In this document: in pieces, positions 50,407 through 64,000 of the stretch
How positions within the stretch are numbered: position 1 is the first letter of the stretch
How the letters are laid out: each line of letters begins with the position of its first letter
Assembly: GCA_963575745.1 (NCBI GenBank)
Contig: CAUYUJ010000281.1
Coordinates: 186,001 to 250,000, forward strand
Direction: 5' to 3'
Source of the DNA: Prorocentrum cordatum
Taxonomy: Eukaryota
DNA: 64,000 bases
Made by a program: the position numbers and the translations under genes
The notes under the pieces: model-generated
Told to the model about the DNA's origin: nothing
The model's database searches: none
Seen by the model: only the letters and a program-made list of their open reading frames with translations

Positions 50407-50837
50407 ATGGCGGCGCGCCGCTGCGACAAGCCGTTCGAAGCGCAAGCGCGCGCCGACCGTCGCGACGAGTTGCGCGAGGCCCGCGCGAGAGCGACGGCGA
50501 CTGCTACAGCAGAGGTGAAGGAGGCGCGGAAGAACGCCAGGAAAGCGGAGAAGCAGGTGCAGATCCGCACCGCGGAGCTGCAGGTGGATGAGGAGGCGGA
50601 TGAGAAGGAGGACGGTGGGGTTCATGAGTGTGGCAGGCTACTCCCCCGCTGCAGCGGGGGAGAAGGACGACAGGGGGGATGATCAGGAGGAGGTGGAAGG
50701 CGATGATGTGGGAGGATGAGGAGTATGAGTAGCAGGGTCGGGGTCAGATGGACATCGCCGCTTCGGACGTGGCCAACCAGAAACTCAACGAGGCGTTGAC
50801 CTCGCTGCGGAACGCCAAGAAGATGAAGGTGACCTGA
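50407..50837 (+). CDS. Cargo gene 6: small basic coiled-coil protein; exons 50407-50583, 50736-50837
   Basis: MAARRCDKPFEAQARADRRDELREAR...AELQ|GRGQMDIAASDVANQKLNEALTSLRNAKKMKVT*. CAG|GT...CAG|G intron. Confidence 0.5.
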
Positions 50838-51518
50838 GTGAGGTCGGCCTCGGCGACCGCCTGCTGAAGCATGCTGGTTCGATTGATTGGTAAAGGCTGG
50901 AGGGAACGTGGTTGAGCGTGTTGTTTGAGTTGCGCTGCAGCGCTTCTCCGTGGACCACGGTTGAAAGTTTGCGCGCGGATCATGATGTGTTAATGTGTTG
51001 CGCTGCAGCGCAGTTTCGCTTGCAGTTTCTCGTTGGATGGTGATGTGGCGGATGATGAGGGCGAGTGATATTGATGCTGTTGACGATGAAGGTGATGGTG
51101 ACGGGGAGGATGAAGGGACGGGAGACGGATGATGAGGAGGATGGGTAGGTTGAGGAGGAGGATGGGGAGGATGAGGGGGCGCATGAGGCGGAGGAGGAGG
51201 AGGAGGAGGAGGAAGAGGAGGAGGAGGAGGTATAGGAGGGGGAGGAAGAGGAGGAGGACGAGGGGGATGGCGAGCAGGATGGAGGAGGAGGAGGACGTTC
51301 GCGCTGCAGCGCGTCAGATTGTCATCATTGAACGTTAGCGGCGCTGTAGCGCCATGTGCTCCCAGACTGTTGCTTGGCAGTTAGCGCTGCAGCGCGCATT
51401 TGGTTGCTCTCCACGCGGTGCAGCCTCATTTCCATCCGTAGTCGCCGTGGCCCATAGCGGAGGGGCCCCTCCGCGCGCGCGCAGCGACGGAGGCAAGCTT
51501 GCCTCGGGAACGCGCGCG

Positions 51519-52027
51519 ATGGCGGCAGAGGACGACCGCCCAGCGAAGCTGCGGCGGCTGTCCCGCCTTCGCGCGGAACTGCCATTCATGCATTGTAATG
51601 CGATGGCGCAATTCCTGGCGTCCGTTAAGCGAGACGGAACCCCCGAATTGGGATCCCGACGCCAGGATATCAGAGACGCTCGGGAGCTCATGGTCAGTGA
51701 GAACACGCCGCGCGGCAAGCTCCACCAGAACATGGTAGTCGGGCAGCACACGGTGGAGATCTGCAGTCCAGCAGCAATGCTGTGGTATTGCAGCGCCCTC
51801 CCCGCGATGCAGCCTCTGTGGCAGCGGGCGCTGGAGCTGCCACGCCCGTGGCACATCATCATTTACGGCGATGAAATAGGCGCTGGCAACGCGCTGGCGC
51901 ACGTGCAGAACCGCAAGTCGTGGGGCATCTACTGGACGATCGCGGAATTCGGCCCGCAGGCGCTTTCGTCGGAGGACTTTCGCGATAGCGTTGCTGCAGC
52001 AACGATATATGCGGGGGGGGAGGGGGG

Positions 52028-52105
<78 letters not shown>

Positions 52106-53989
52106 CTGCAGCGCCAGTTGTGCTGCGATTTGTTCGCAGGATGCGTGGTTCCAGCTCGCGACGATGCGGGCCAAGACCGCGAACGACATCCAGCCGCGCG
52201 GACTGACGATGCTACTGGACGCAATCCTCGCGCAGTTCTGGCCTGATCAGGGGCACAACTTCAGCGCAGGCATCAGCTTGCGGCTGCGCCCCGACGGCGC
52301 GACGGAGCTCATCCAGATGGACCTCGGAATTTACATTCAGCCGCTGCAGCGGTCGCCGCATAGCACCCAAGATTAGTTAGCATACATGTGCACATGTATA
52401 TATCCATTACGCCTTCTTGCGTCGCTGCAGCGGCTCTGTCGGATCGCGGACGAGGATGCAATGCACCGCTTGATCGGAATGAAAGGTTCGTCAGGAATCA
52501 AACCATGTTTTATGTGCCGCAACGTGTTCTTGAAGGGCGAAGTTCGGGATATAGTTGCTTCTGATGCGACGGGTGTCGCTGTTCACCACTCGGAACCAGA
52601 TGCGTCGCGGCTGCAGCCGATGACGGCGCCGTTGCTCGATGCCATCTGCAACAGATTGATCGAAGGGGTCAACATCATGAACAAGGGCGAGTTCCAGGAG
52701 TTGGAGCGCCGACTTGGCTGGAACTGGGACCCCCATTTGCCTGAGCGGGTTCGGAAACTCAAGCCGCTCGAGACAGTCATGTTTGATTGGATGCATTGTA
52801 TTTTCGTCAACGGTACATATAACATTCTGGTGTTCCAAATGTTTCGAAGGTTGAAGGGTTACTGGGCGCGCGCAGACGCATATTTCCAGGACTGGTCGTT
52901 TCCAGGGTGCCACTCCATCTCCCCCGACACGTGCGCGATCTTCGGCGAGAAGCGCGCGAGGTCCCACGTTGACAGCAAGCATTTCAAGTGTACCGCCAGC
53001 GAGGGGCTCACAACCATGCAAGTATCATTGCATGCTTCGCGCCCCCGCCAGACCAATAATACATGCGCTGCAGCGCACGTGAATTTCTGTAGGATATGTA
53101 CTGCACCCCTCTTGTTCGGACATGCGTTCGCGCGGGCGGATTGACGTGTTTCTTCAGGGAGGTGGCTAGCGACGCTGCAGCGCTTGCAGTCCGATCTGCT
53201 TGCGCAGTGTTCGAGGCGCACACGATCGTTGTGGAAGAAATCCTACGAGTATCCAGGCGTCAGGCAGACGCGGATAAGCTGCAGGCTGCGGTTAACATGT
53301 TTTTGCTGTCATACAGCAGCGTCTTTGGCAAGGAAACGATGTCGCAGAAGTTCCATTACCTGCGCCACTTCGCCAACTACGTGAGGCGTTGGGGCCATGT
53401 GGCGCTGCCGTCGTGCTGGGTTTTGGAGCGCAAGCACAAGACCAGCAAGCGCTTTGCGAACGCTCTTCAGGTGGGGGCTGCAGCCTCCAGCGGCTGGGAC
53501 GCCAATGTCCTGAAGAGCGTCACCGAGCGGCACCTGTGGCAGCTCATGGATGGCGGCACCTTTAAGGTTAACTGCCTGGTTAACGCCACCAGGCCGTCCA
53601 AGGCCATCTCGCGCGAACTGCTGCAGCAGTTCGGGCCTGCGGACTTTGTTACGTCCGCTGCAGCGCGGTGCCGCTACCACGACGTCAAATACGGCGACGT
53701 CGTGCTGTTGGAGGACGGAGGAGGGGAACACATTGCGGCCGAGGTGTTGAAACACCTCTCCTTCACCAAGAACGGCCACTACTATGGCTTGAGCTTGGTC
53801 CTGCCCTACTTCTTCAAGGAGAAGCTGCACCCGCGCGCCTCCGCGCACGTGCTTGGCGGCGATGCCGACGCCTTTTGGGCGCACACGGCGAGCATCGTGT
53901 GCTCGCTCGCGTGGGCGCCGCGCGAGGGCGGCGGCATCCGAGCGGCGCGCCCGATATGGTCGCAGCCGCGGTGGTGCGCTTTAGCCTAA
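51519..53989 (+). CDS. CMC-type (EnSpm/Mirage/Plavaka-like) DDE transposase; exons 51519-51974, 52140-52334, 52443-53023, 53140-53989 (693 aa)
   Basis: IIIYGDE; IADEDAMHRLIGMKGSSGIKPCFMC; FDWMHCIFVNG; KFHYLRHF..RRWG..SCWVLERKHK. This motif order is characteristic of CMC transposases. Confidence 0.82.
52029..52102 (+). repeat. (AG)n microsatellite in transposase intron 1 (GA-AG, 51975-52139)
   Basis: Direct reading. Confidence 0.9.
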
Positions 53990-55667
53990 AACGTGGATTC
54001 CTTACTGGCGCTGCAGCGCACTTTTTTACATTGCTAAATGCTTCGGTGCTGCAGCACCTGAACGTTGCATGGTCGACGACTCCTCTTCTCCGCCTTGAAA
54101 ACGTGGATTCCTTCTGCATAGCGCACCTTTTTCATTGACACTTCGGTGCTGCAGCACCTGAACAGTGCATGGTCGCCGATTCCTCTTCTCCGCCTCGTTC
54201 CTCCTCCTCCTCTTGCGCTGCAGCGCTAATGTCGTTGATCAGTGGTGCGGTCGTTCAAACTCCTCCTTCCCCGCATCCTCCCCCTTCTCCCCCTCCTCCT
54301 CCTGCTCCTACTGCTGCTCCTCCTCCTCATCTTGCTCCCCCTCCCCCTTCTCCTCTCCCCCCCCTCCTCTGACGAGGGGGGGGGGTGGGGGACGAGGGGG
54401 GGAGGGTGGAGGAGGGGGAGGGGGAGGAGGAGGAGGAGGAGGAGGAGGAGGAGGAGGAGGAGGAGGAGGAGCATGAGGAGGAGGAAAACGACGAGATAGC
54501 TCAGAGCGAGAGGAGGATGGGGAGGAGGAGGAAAACGACGAGATAGCTCAGAGCGAGAGGCGGCTGGGGAGGAGGGGGGGCGGGGGGGGGGAGGAGGAGG
54601 AGGAGGAGGACGAGGAGGAGGAGGAGGAGGAGGAGGAGGAGGGGAGGAGGAGGAGGAGGAGGAAGAGGGGAGGAGGAGGAGGAGGAGGAGGAGGAGAGAG
54701 AGAGTAGACTAGGAGGAGGAGGAGGAGGAGGAGGAGGATGAGGAGGGGATGGGGGGAGGAGGAGGACGATGGAGGAGCGGAGGGTTAGGAGGACGAGGAG
54801 GAGGATGAGGAGGAGGAGGACGAGGGAGGAGTATATGATGATGACGAGAGGAGGAGGGCGAGAGGAGGAGGCGGAGAGGAGGAGGAGGAGGAGGAGGAGG
54901 AGGAGGAGGAGGAGGAGGAGGAGGAGGAGGAGGAGGAGAGGGAGGAGGAGGAGGAGGAGGAGGATAGAAGGAGGGGGGAGGAGGAGACGCCGCCCGCGCG
55001 CGTGCGGCTTACAGGCCGCGCGGGGAGCGCGCCCTCCCTTTTCCCTTTGCTTCGCGGCTCGGGATCGCCATCGAAAAACATATCAAGACATGTTTTTCGA
55101 TGGCGACCCCGAGCCATGGGGCAGTCTCCTCTCGGAGGACCCCTCGGGGATGTCGGGGATCCTCCTCGACATCCCCGAGGGGTGGGACGGGCTCGGCAGC
55201 CATCGGCCCGTCGCACGTCGTCGTCCCCCAACCCTCTGGGTTGTGGACGACGGCTACGTGCGGTGGGCCGCTCTGGCTGCCGAGCGGCGCGCAGGGCCCC
55301 CCCCGCCGCCCGCGCCAGCGGCAATGCCGCTGGAGATGGCGGCGCAGAGCGCGGCGCAGGCGAACTTCGCCTGCGCCGCGCTCAGCCGCGCCAGGCTGCC
55401 GCTCGACGCGGCGGCCCTGCAGGGCCGCCGCGTCGAGCGGCCGTCTTGGGCTGAGGCGCGCCCGTCGCCGCCTCCGCCGCCGCCTCCCCCTTTCCTCCTC
55501 CTCCTCATCCTCCTCCCCGTCCTCCTCCTACTCCTCCTCCTCCTCGACATCTCCTCCTCCTTCTCCTCCTCCTCCTCCTCCTTCTCCTCCTCCTCCTCTC
55601 TCCCCCTCCTCTTCCTCCTCCTCCTCCTCCTCCTCTTCCTCCTCCTCCTTCTCCTTCTCAGAGTCCG

Positions 55668-57258
<1,591 letters not shown>

Positions 57259-57358
57259 NNNNNNNNNNNNNNNNNNNNNNNNNNNNNNNNNNNNNNNNNN
57301 NNNNNNNNNNNNNNNNNNNNNNNNNNNNNNNNNNNNNNNNNNNNNNNNNNNNNNNNNN
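57259..57358. other. Assembly gap (100 N)
   Basis: Run of N. Confidence 1.
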
Positions 57359-58149
57359 GGCCAGGCGGAAAGATCAAGCAGGGGCTCGACGACAGAACTG
57401 ATTCACCCCAGAATGGAGATTCCCTCGTCGACTCTATGAAAAGCCGTGGCAGTTTTCATGGGCTCGACGAAAAAAACTGTGCTAAGTCCAGTGGCAGGTG
57501 CGCAGAACTGATTTACCCCAGAATTGATTGCCAAGTCGAAACTACGAAACAATGCGAAGATTGTCCTGTAGACCTGCAAGCGGTCCACGTCATTTTTGTA
57601 GATCCGACGAGGGAATCAGTTTTGGGGTACATCGACTCTGTAGTCGATCCCCCACCCGAAATGGGGAGGATCGGGGATCACCGTGGCTGAGCCTCTTCGG
57701 CCCCGGCCCCGTGCGCTCCCTCACGGGGGGCGGTCCACTCCGAGGGGCGCAGAGAGGAGCACCTCCCGACACTCTTCGGGGCCCCAGGGGGGCTCCTTCC
57801 GGGCCCCTTTCCCGCAACCCTCGCCCCCCCCCAAAAAAGGTACCGCCCCCCAGTCGCGAGACGTCCGATCTCCGGGCCTCCGAAGGCCTCCGGAGGCCCT
57901 TCGGAGACCGCCCCCCAGGAAGTGGTCACGAGGCGGGCTATAATTAGGGGATAGCCCCGCTGCGGTCACGGCGCCTGGTCACACCCGCGGCACAACACCT
58001 CACTACTCCGTCTCGGTTTTCGTCGTCCTCCTCCTCCACCTCCTCCTCCTCCTCCTCCTCCTCCTCCTCCTCCACCTCCACCTCCTCCTCCCTCTCCTCC
58101 TCCTCCCTCGCCCTCCTCCCTCCTCGTCCTTCTTTTCCTCGTCCTCCCT

Positions 58150-61100
58150 CCACCCTTTTTCCTGGCGCTGCACGGGCTCTGGCCAGCAAGCGCCTGGACG
58201 AGTGATAGACCTGCTCAGGCAAAGCAGCCGCAGGCAGGGGCCGCCGCCGCCCACCACCCTCCCCCTGCGCTTGCTCCACCACTGCTGCGCTGCGGGTCGC
58301 GGCCTCCAGCCGCGCCCAGTCCATGTTCTCGTAGAAGAGCACGCGCTTCTTGTCGTCCTCGCTGAGCTCCGCCCCCTCTGCCGCGACGGGCATCTCCTGG
58401 GGACAGGCGTCGTCGCAGCCAGCCGCAGCATCGTGCTGCAAGGCGCATGGGCAGACGCCAGAAAAAGTCCAGCAAACCGCTCGAATAATGCTGTAGCGTG
58501 CAAACGTAAGACCCCTCGGCCGAGCAGCCAAGGACGGACAGACCAGGCAAGGGTGCGCCGAACCGGCTTGGCGGAGCATGCAAGCTTGCAACCTTGCTGC
58601 AGCATGGCGTCCATGACTCGCGCGGTTGCGTGCGAAGCGTGTCCGAAGCGCGAACCGCACGCGCCCCACACCTCTCCCCACCCCATACACGAACAAGTGC
58701 CTGTGCGCACGCATCCCCGGTAACCTCAAGCCCCTGAGGACCCCAATCCTCGCGGAAGGGGCATGCCGACAAGAGGCCCGACGCGAGGGGGGACCAGAGC
58801 GGCGAGGCTCGAAAGGGCAGAGATGGGGCCCGGGCGGGCCGGCATCGCCGGGGAGGTCTCCGTGGGCACGATCGAGAGCTGTGAGGGCACAAAGCTTCGG
58901 AGGCAACTCACGGGAGCCTCCCATCGCATCCTGTCGGCTCTGGCGAATCGACGCTGATCGACCCTAGATCGACGCTGACCAGCGCTAGATCGACGCTGGA
59001 TCGACGCTAGCCGGCGCTAAGTGGGCGCTACCTCATCGACTCCCAAACGCTAATCGACGCTAGTCGACGCTCAAGTCGGAATTCAGAGGCTATACCAGGC
59101 TCCCATGATCTGCTACCGAACGAAGATGCATTTGTCCGCCGGACAGCAGCCAATCTGGGCCAGATCAGGCAGGACCCGAGCGAGGCTAGCACGAAGGACA
59201 CACCAGGGCCGGGACGATGACCAATGCAGCCGCCCCGCATGAGGAAACCCAGAAAATACCGATACCGCTGCTCCCCGGACCTTTCCTGATTGACTCAGAA
59301 CAAGAATTTCGAGGCGAATCCCCGTCGAGACGAGGGCTGCCCAGGAGGCCCATAGAAGCGGGAAGCGCGGCGAGAACAGCAGCATCGGTACCCTTTCCGC
59401 CTCCGACAGCAAGTGCAGCCTGAGCTGATCGTGGGACGGCGCCGCCCAGCTGCGCGCCCACGGCCCCGCCCACTCCAGACGCGGCGATGGGCTGCGCGGG
59501 CAGCCGCGACGGGCCCAAGCAGTCCTGCTTCGCCGCCCCGCGCCCGCGGACCCCGGGACCGGCGGGGGACAGGGCGACCCAAATCCCCGGCGTCGGGGGG
59601 ATGTCGGCTGGACCGAAAAATCAGGGGCCCACCCCTGAGGTATGCGATGGGGGGCGTCCATCCTCGATAGGGGTGCGTCCAAATAGCCCCCTGGGGGCGT
59701 ATCCTAGAGTCCCCCCTCCCTTGTGAACGGCCAAACGTTTCTCGGGCGGAACTCGGGGATTGGGGGAGAAAAATCGCCTGCGAGGGGCCCATGTCCACCA
59801 CCACTACCATGGGTAGGAGAGGGAGAAGGAGAAGAAGGAGGAGGAGAAGGAGGAGGAGGAGGGGGAGTAGGAGGAGGAGGAGGGGGGGAGAGAAAGGAGG
59901 AGGGGAGAATGAGGAGGAGGAGTAGGATAAGAGGAGGAGGAGAGGGAGGAGGAGGAGGAGGAGGAGGAGGAGGAGGACCTCCGCATCCTCCCTCCTCCCC
60001 CGTTCTGCATCCGGTAGCGGTGGTGGAAAATGTGCCCATCAGCTCGCGCGCACTCGTGGCGCGAGCGTGTGCCCTCGCGAGCTGGCGCAGGGCCCTGCCC
60101 AGCCGTCCCGTGCGGCCAGCGCCTCAACGCCGCGCCCAGCTTGGACCAGGCGCGGGCCCGATCGAGAAAATGGTAGACGACGCTCTGGGCGGGATGTCAA
60201 TCGAGGGGTGGGCGACTAACCTTCCGATGGAGCTTGCCCATCCCCTCCATTCCCTCCTCCACCTCCTCCTCCTCCTCCTCCTCCTCCTCCTCCTCCTCCT
60301 CCTCCCCCTCCTCCTCCCTCTCCTCCTCTTCCGCCAACCCCCCCTCCACCCATTCCGACGGCATGAGCAGGAGGAGGACGCGGACCAGGCATTTCTGCAT
60401 CTGGCCGAGCTCGGCACTCGCGGCACGGCCCCGGGCCTCGCCTCGCCTCGGGTCGGGCACAGGGACGAGAAGGAAACGACCTGGGTCGAAGCACTCGTCC
60501 CCGGGAATGGGGTCGAGAACATCGCACCAGCCCATGGGCCCGAGGCGTGGGCGAACCACGACGGCGGCTGTCTGGATCCCCGCAGGTCACCTACATTCGT
60601 GCTTCGCCCTGCGGGGAGCGCTATTCGCTATTCTCTTCTATTCGCTTTACTCTTCCGCGCGCCCCCCCCCCCCCCCCCTGAGGAAGCTCAGCTCTCCGTC
60701 CAAGGCCCCAGGGCGTATTCTTCTTCGCGTCCCCTGTGTGTGGCTTTGTTGGTCGCCCTGTCGGGTGCCTGCCTGCTCGCGAGCATGTGAGCATGTTTGC
60801 ATGGATATGTGTGCACATACATATCTATATGTGTATATATACACATATAGACATACACATACATATACGCATTCTCGCTTGATCGCGGCCGCCTTCCTCC
60901 TCCTTGCGCCTCCCTCTGCGACCGGGACTGGTCGGGTGGATTTGTTAGTGGGCAGGCCTGTGGGCGGAGATGGTGGGTGGGCCGTGGTAGGATGCTGTGG
61001 AAGCGGCGGCGGGCACGGTGATGACGGCAGTGTTGCTGATAGTGGGCCGTGGCGGTTGCAGTACGCTGTTGACGCCACTGTGGCGGTGACGCCCGCAGTA

Positions 61101-61215
61101 GCAGGAACACGAGCAGGAGCGACAGCGAGCACGAGGACTCCTTCGGCTGGTACTGGTCGTCCATGCCGAAGCAGAAGCACTTCTTGCCGTCCAGGTGTAA
61201 CCTCCGCATAGCCGT
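58150..61215 (-). CDS. Probable short exons of an unidentified gene (e.g. ~58270-58397, ~59398-59450, ~60123-60190, ~61142-61203)
   Basis: Protein-like high-GC3 islands EMPVAAEGAELSEDDKKRVLFYENMDWARLEAA, PSHDQLRLHLLSE, VVYHFLDRARAWSKLGAAL and LHLDGKKCFCFGMDDQYQPK, several bounded by AG|G and GC/GA/GT. No family recognised. Confidence 0.35.
58945..59072 (+). repeat. ATCGACGCT(AG) short tandem repeats
   Basis: About 7 degenerate copies. Confidence 0.7.
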
Positions 61216-61804
61216 GTCTTCGGGCGACGCGTTTCGCTGGGGCGGGTTCGCGGGTGGGCACGCCGACAAGGGGGGGCGGGGAGGGGGCGGCCGGCCCCTT
61301 CCGCCCAGCCCCTTCCCCGCTCCCCTTGCCCCGTCTCCCTCTGCCCACTCTGCGCGCGGACTCTGCGTCTGCCCAAGAAGCCTCCTTCAACGGCATTGGG
61401 CCGATGCGAGCGGGGGGAAGCGGGGGGGGATGGGGAGGCGGGGAAAGATGAAGGTGGAACAGGCCCTTCGGCCAGCATACCCAGCAAGCGGCGGGAGGGC
61501 AAGAGAAGGAGGCCGGACGGAACTGCCTCGCTCAAGGCTGGCGGCGACGACATGGCTGGCGACAGAACACAGACAGGGTCCTTCGCTGTTTTTTCGACAG
61601 GCGGTGCCGAAAGCCCATGGCATGTCGAGTCATGCACGATCAGATGGGATGGTAGCAAGCTGTCCTAGGACACAAGGGCACATACCCCACAAGACGTCAG
61701 GAAAGGTGTTATGGGGGATTTTCCCACCTCAGATCCCAAGCAGTACGTTGGTGCAACGTGGGTGTGTGAGGACCCCAAGCAGTACGTTATCGCAACGTGG
61801 GTGT

Positions 61805-62165
61805 GCGACTATGTGGTGTAAGCTGTGTAGCGTTAAATGTAGTGGGAACTAGGAGGTGTAAGATATGTGGTGCAAGCTATGTGGTGCAAGCTATGCCACG
61901 TACTGTTCCACTATACGGTGCAATCTGGGTGCCGTAAAATATATGGTGCATGTGGTGAAGACTGTGTGCTGTAAGCTATGTGAGATATAAGCTATGTGGT
62001 GCAAACTACGGGTGCAGCATGCGTGGTGCAAAATACTGGGTAAGAGCTGCGTGGTGCAAGCTAAGTGGTGCAAGTTATGCAGTCAAATCTGTGGTGTAAG
62101 CTATGTGGTGGCAGCTGTATGTGTGAGCTCCGTGGTGTACGCTGCGTGCTGTAAGATATGCAGCC
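61805..62165 (+). repeat. Degenerate GGTGCAAGCTATGT tandem repeat
   Basis: Repeated ~17-nt units. Confidence 0.65.
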
Positions 62166-62239
62166 GCGCCGCACACGGCGCCCACGAGGCACCCACAGGC
62201 GGGCACCGGTCAACATCTCTGGGAGAAAGACAAAAACGC

Positions 62240-62405
62240 CATAAATGAAGGGGCCCTGGGACACACAAATGAATACACACAAATAAAAATATTCCCCACA
62301 TTTTCCTATCTTTTCTGGGTTTTGTCTTCCCCACCACTTCCCATATTTTCCCATATGTTCTGGGGGAGCGACGATTAATTGTGTCTGTGTGTTTTTTTCC
62401 CTCCT
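62240..62405 (+). repeat. Interspersed repeat, with copies also at ~230-400 and ~63230-63360
   Basis: Shared CCCCACTTCCCATA..TTCTGGGG..CGACGAT(T/G)AATTGTGTCTG. Confidence 0.75.
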
Positions 62406-63104
62406 GAATAAGGATAAACTTGTGGCGCTCCGAGCTGAATTCTGGGATATGCGCTGGCCCCCCATCCCTGAAGCGCGGAGCGCGCCAGGGGCGGCGCCGG
62501 AGGCGCCGCCGGGGGGGGGGGCCCCGCGCGGACCCAAGAAATCCGCGCGGAGCGCAAGACGTTATGTGTTGTGCCGTTCTCCCAGAGACCCGACGCCGTG
62601 TTTTTTTTTCAACGCGGGGTCCCCGGAAGTCTCGACCCATTCCCCAGGACCAGGGCTTCCTCCCGCGCCGTCTTTCGGCGGCCTCGAGGCCCGGCGGTGG
62701 GCCCCTGGGGGCCGAGCCTTGGGAAAAGCCTGCGCCCCGATTTTTCCAACACGCCGGACCTCAGGGCTCTCCTCTTCGATGGCCCGCCCGGGCGCCCGCG
62801 AGGCGCACCGCGCGAGGCGCACCGCGCGAGACGCCCCGCGGGAGGCGCCCCAGAGGAGGAGGAGGAGGAGGAGGAGGAGGAGGAGGAGGAGGAGGAGGAG
62901 GAGGAGGAGGAGGAGGAGGAGGACGAGGAGGACGAGGAGGACGAGGAGGACGGGAGGTGCCCACGGGCGGGCACCTCGGCCGACCCACGCCCGGAGCACG
63001 GGGCGCGCCGTGCCATAGAGGCGCCCACCAGTGGCGCCCACGGCGGGCGCTCGCGGCGAGGCCCTGCGGAGGGGCCCCAGGACACGCAGACAAATGCACT
63101 TTTC

Positions 63105-63215
63105 TGGTCGCGGGCGTAAGCGGAAGCGCAGGCGCCGAGCTGAGAGGTCCGGGCCACGGGCCTGTCAAATTAGCAGCACGCAAGCCTGAAAGCACAGCGG
63201 CCGAGCCCGCACTCA
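63105..63215 (+). repeat. Interspersed repeat, second copy at ~36655-36765
   Basis: Shared GAGAGGTCCGGGCCACGGGCCTG..AAATT..CGCAAGCCT.AAAGC..AGCGGCCGAGCCCGCACTCA. Confidence 0.75.
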
Positions 63216-63552
63216 CACAGACAAATACACGCAACAACAAAAAAGATTCCCCATCTTTTCCCATCTAGTTTCGGGGGTTTTCGTCTTCCCCCCCCCCCCG
63301 TGCCCATGCTTTCCCACATCTTCTGGGGGATCGACGATGAATTGTGTCTGTGTGCTCGTTCTTCTCCTGACCCTGGTGGGCCCATCCAGTTCCGTAGGGT
63401 GCAGGAGCAGGGGCCCCAAAGTGCACGCACTGCTCGGGGGAAGAGCACCATCGCTTTTTTTTGTATCCGGCGACGTCGTGGACGCCTCGCCTGCTGATGC
63501 TCGGGGTGCCAGCACTCCGGGGGGTTACGACGCCTGACAGCTAGGCGATCCA

Positions 63553-63800
63553 ACACACACACACACACAGACACACACACACACACGCGCGCGCACACAC
63601 GCAGGCACGCACGCACGCACGCACACACACAGACACACACACACACAGACACACACACACACAACACAACACAACACAACACAACACAACACAACACAAC
63701 ACAACACAACACAACACAACACAACACAACACAACACAACACAACACAGCACAGCACAACACAACACAACACAACACAACACAACACAATACACACACAC
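63553..63800 (+). repeat. (CA)n and (CAACA)n microsatellites
   Basis: Direct reading. Confidence 0.95.
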
Positions 63801-64000
63801 GCGCGCCAACATTGGCAGCTAGTCGAAGTTGGTGTGTGCAAGCACTGCCGCCGGAGCTTGCCCGAACCACAAAAACAGCTGTGCACGGCTTGACATGCTG
63901 TTCTGCGCGAGCTCAGAGTAGCCAGTCCTGCGGGGGGCGATCACAGGCCCCAACCCCCTCGCGCCGGACCACGGCGCGGCTGAATCAATACGTACGTCTG

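Overview
GC-rich, intron- and repeat-dense eukaryotic DNA with dinoflagellate hallmarks: a perfect 22-nt DinoSL spliced leader, GC/GA 5' splice sites and AG|G acceptors. Host genes (both minus strand, reconstructed by hand) are a 6-exon PLP-homeostasis protein (PLPBP/YggS, 897-10914) and a 5-exon Calx-beta + ABC-transporter-like protein with a degenerate ATPase domain (16024-30607). Scattered probable exons of an unknown gene lie at 58-61 kb. Mobile DNA dominates. (i) An intact 5.7-kb LINE in a PLPBP intron starts with the complete DinoSL, sits in a (GGA)n microsatellite and has a CUU-UGA-C motif at its ORF1/ORF2 junction. (ii) A decayed RNase H-bearing LINE. (iii) Several MITEs and a TIR-bounded introner-like intron. 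(iv) An 18,080-bp TIR/2-bp-TSD DNA transposon (37958-56037) with a CMC-type (EnSpm/Mirage/Plavaka-like) transposase and about six co-oriented cargo genes (ParB-like/SET-like, AP2-like, Lys-rich Zn-motif and others). This element is saturated with GCTGCAGC-core palindromes whose arms co-vary, has a hairpin array at its midpoint, and its genes appear to contain a recurrent non-canonical AT...CGG|AT intron class. All domain calls are by-eye motif recognition, not database searches.
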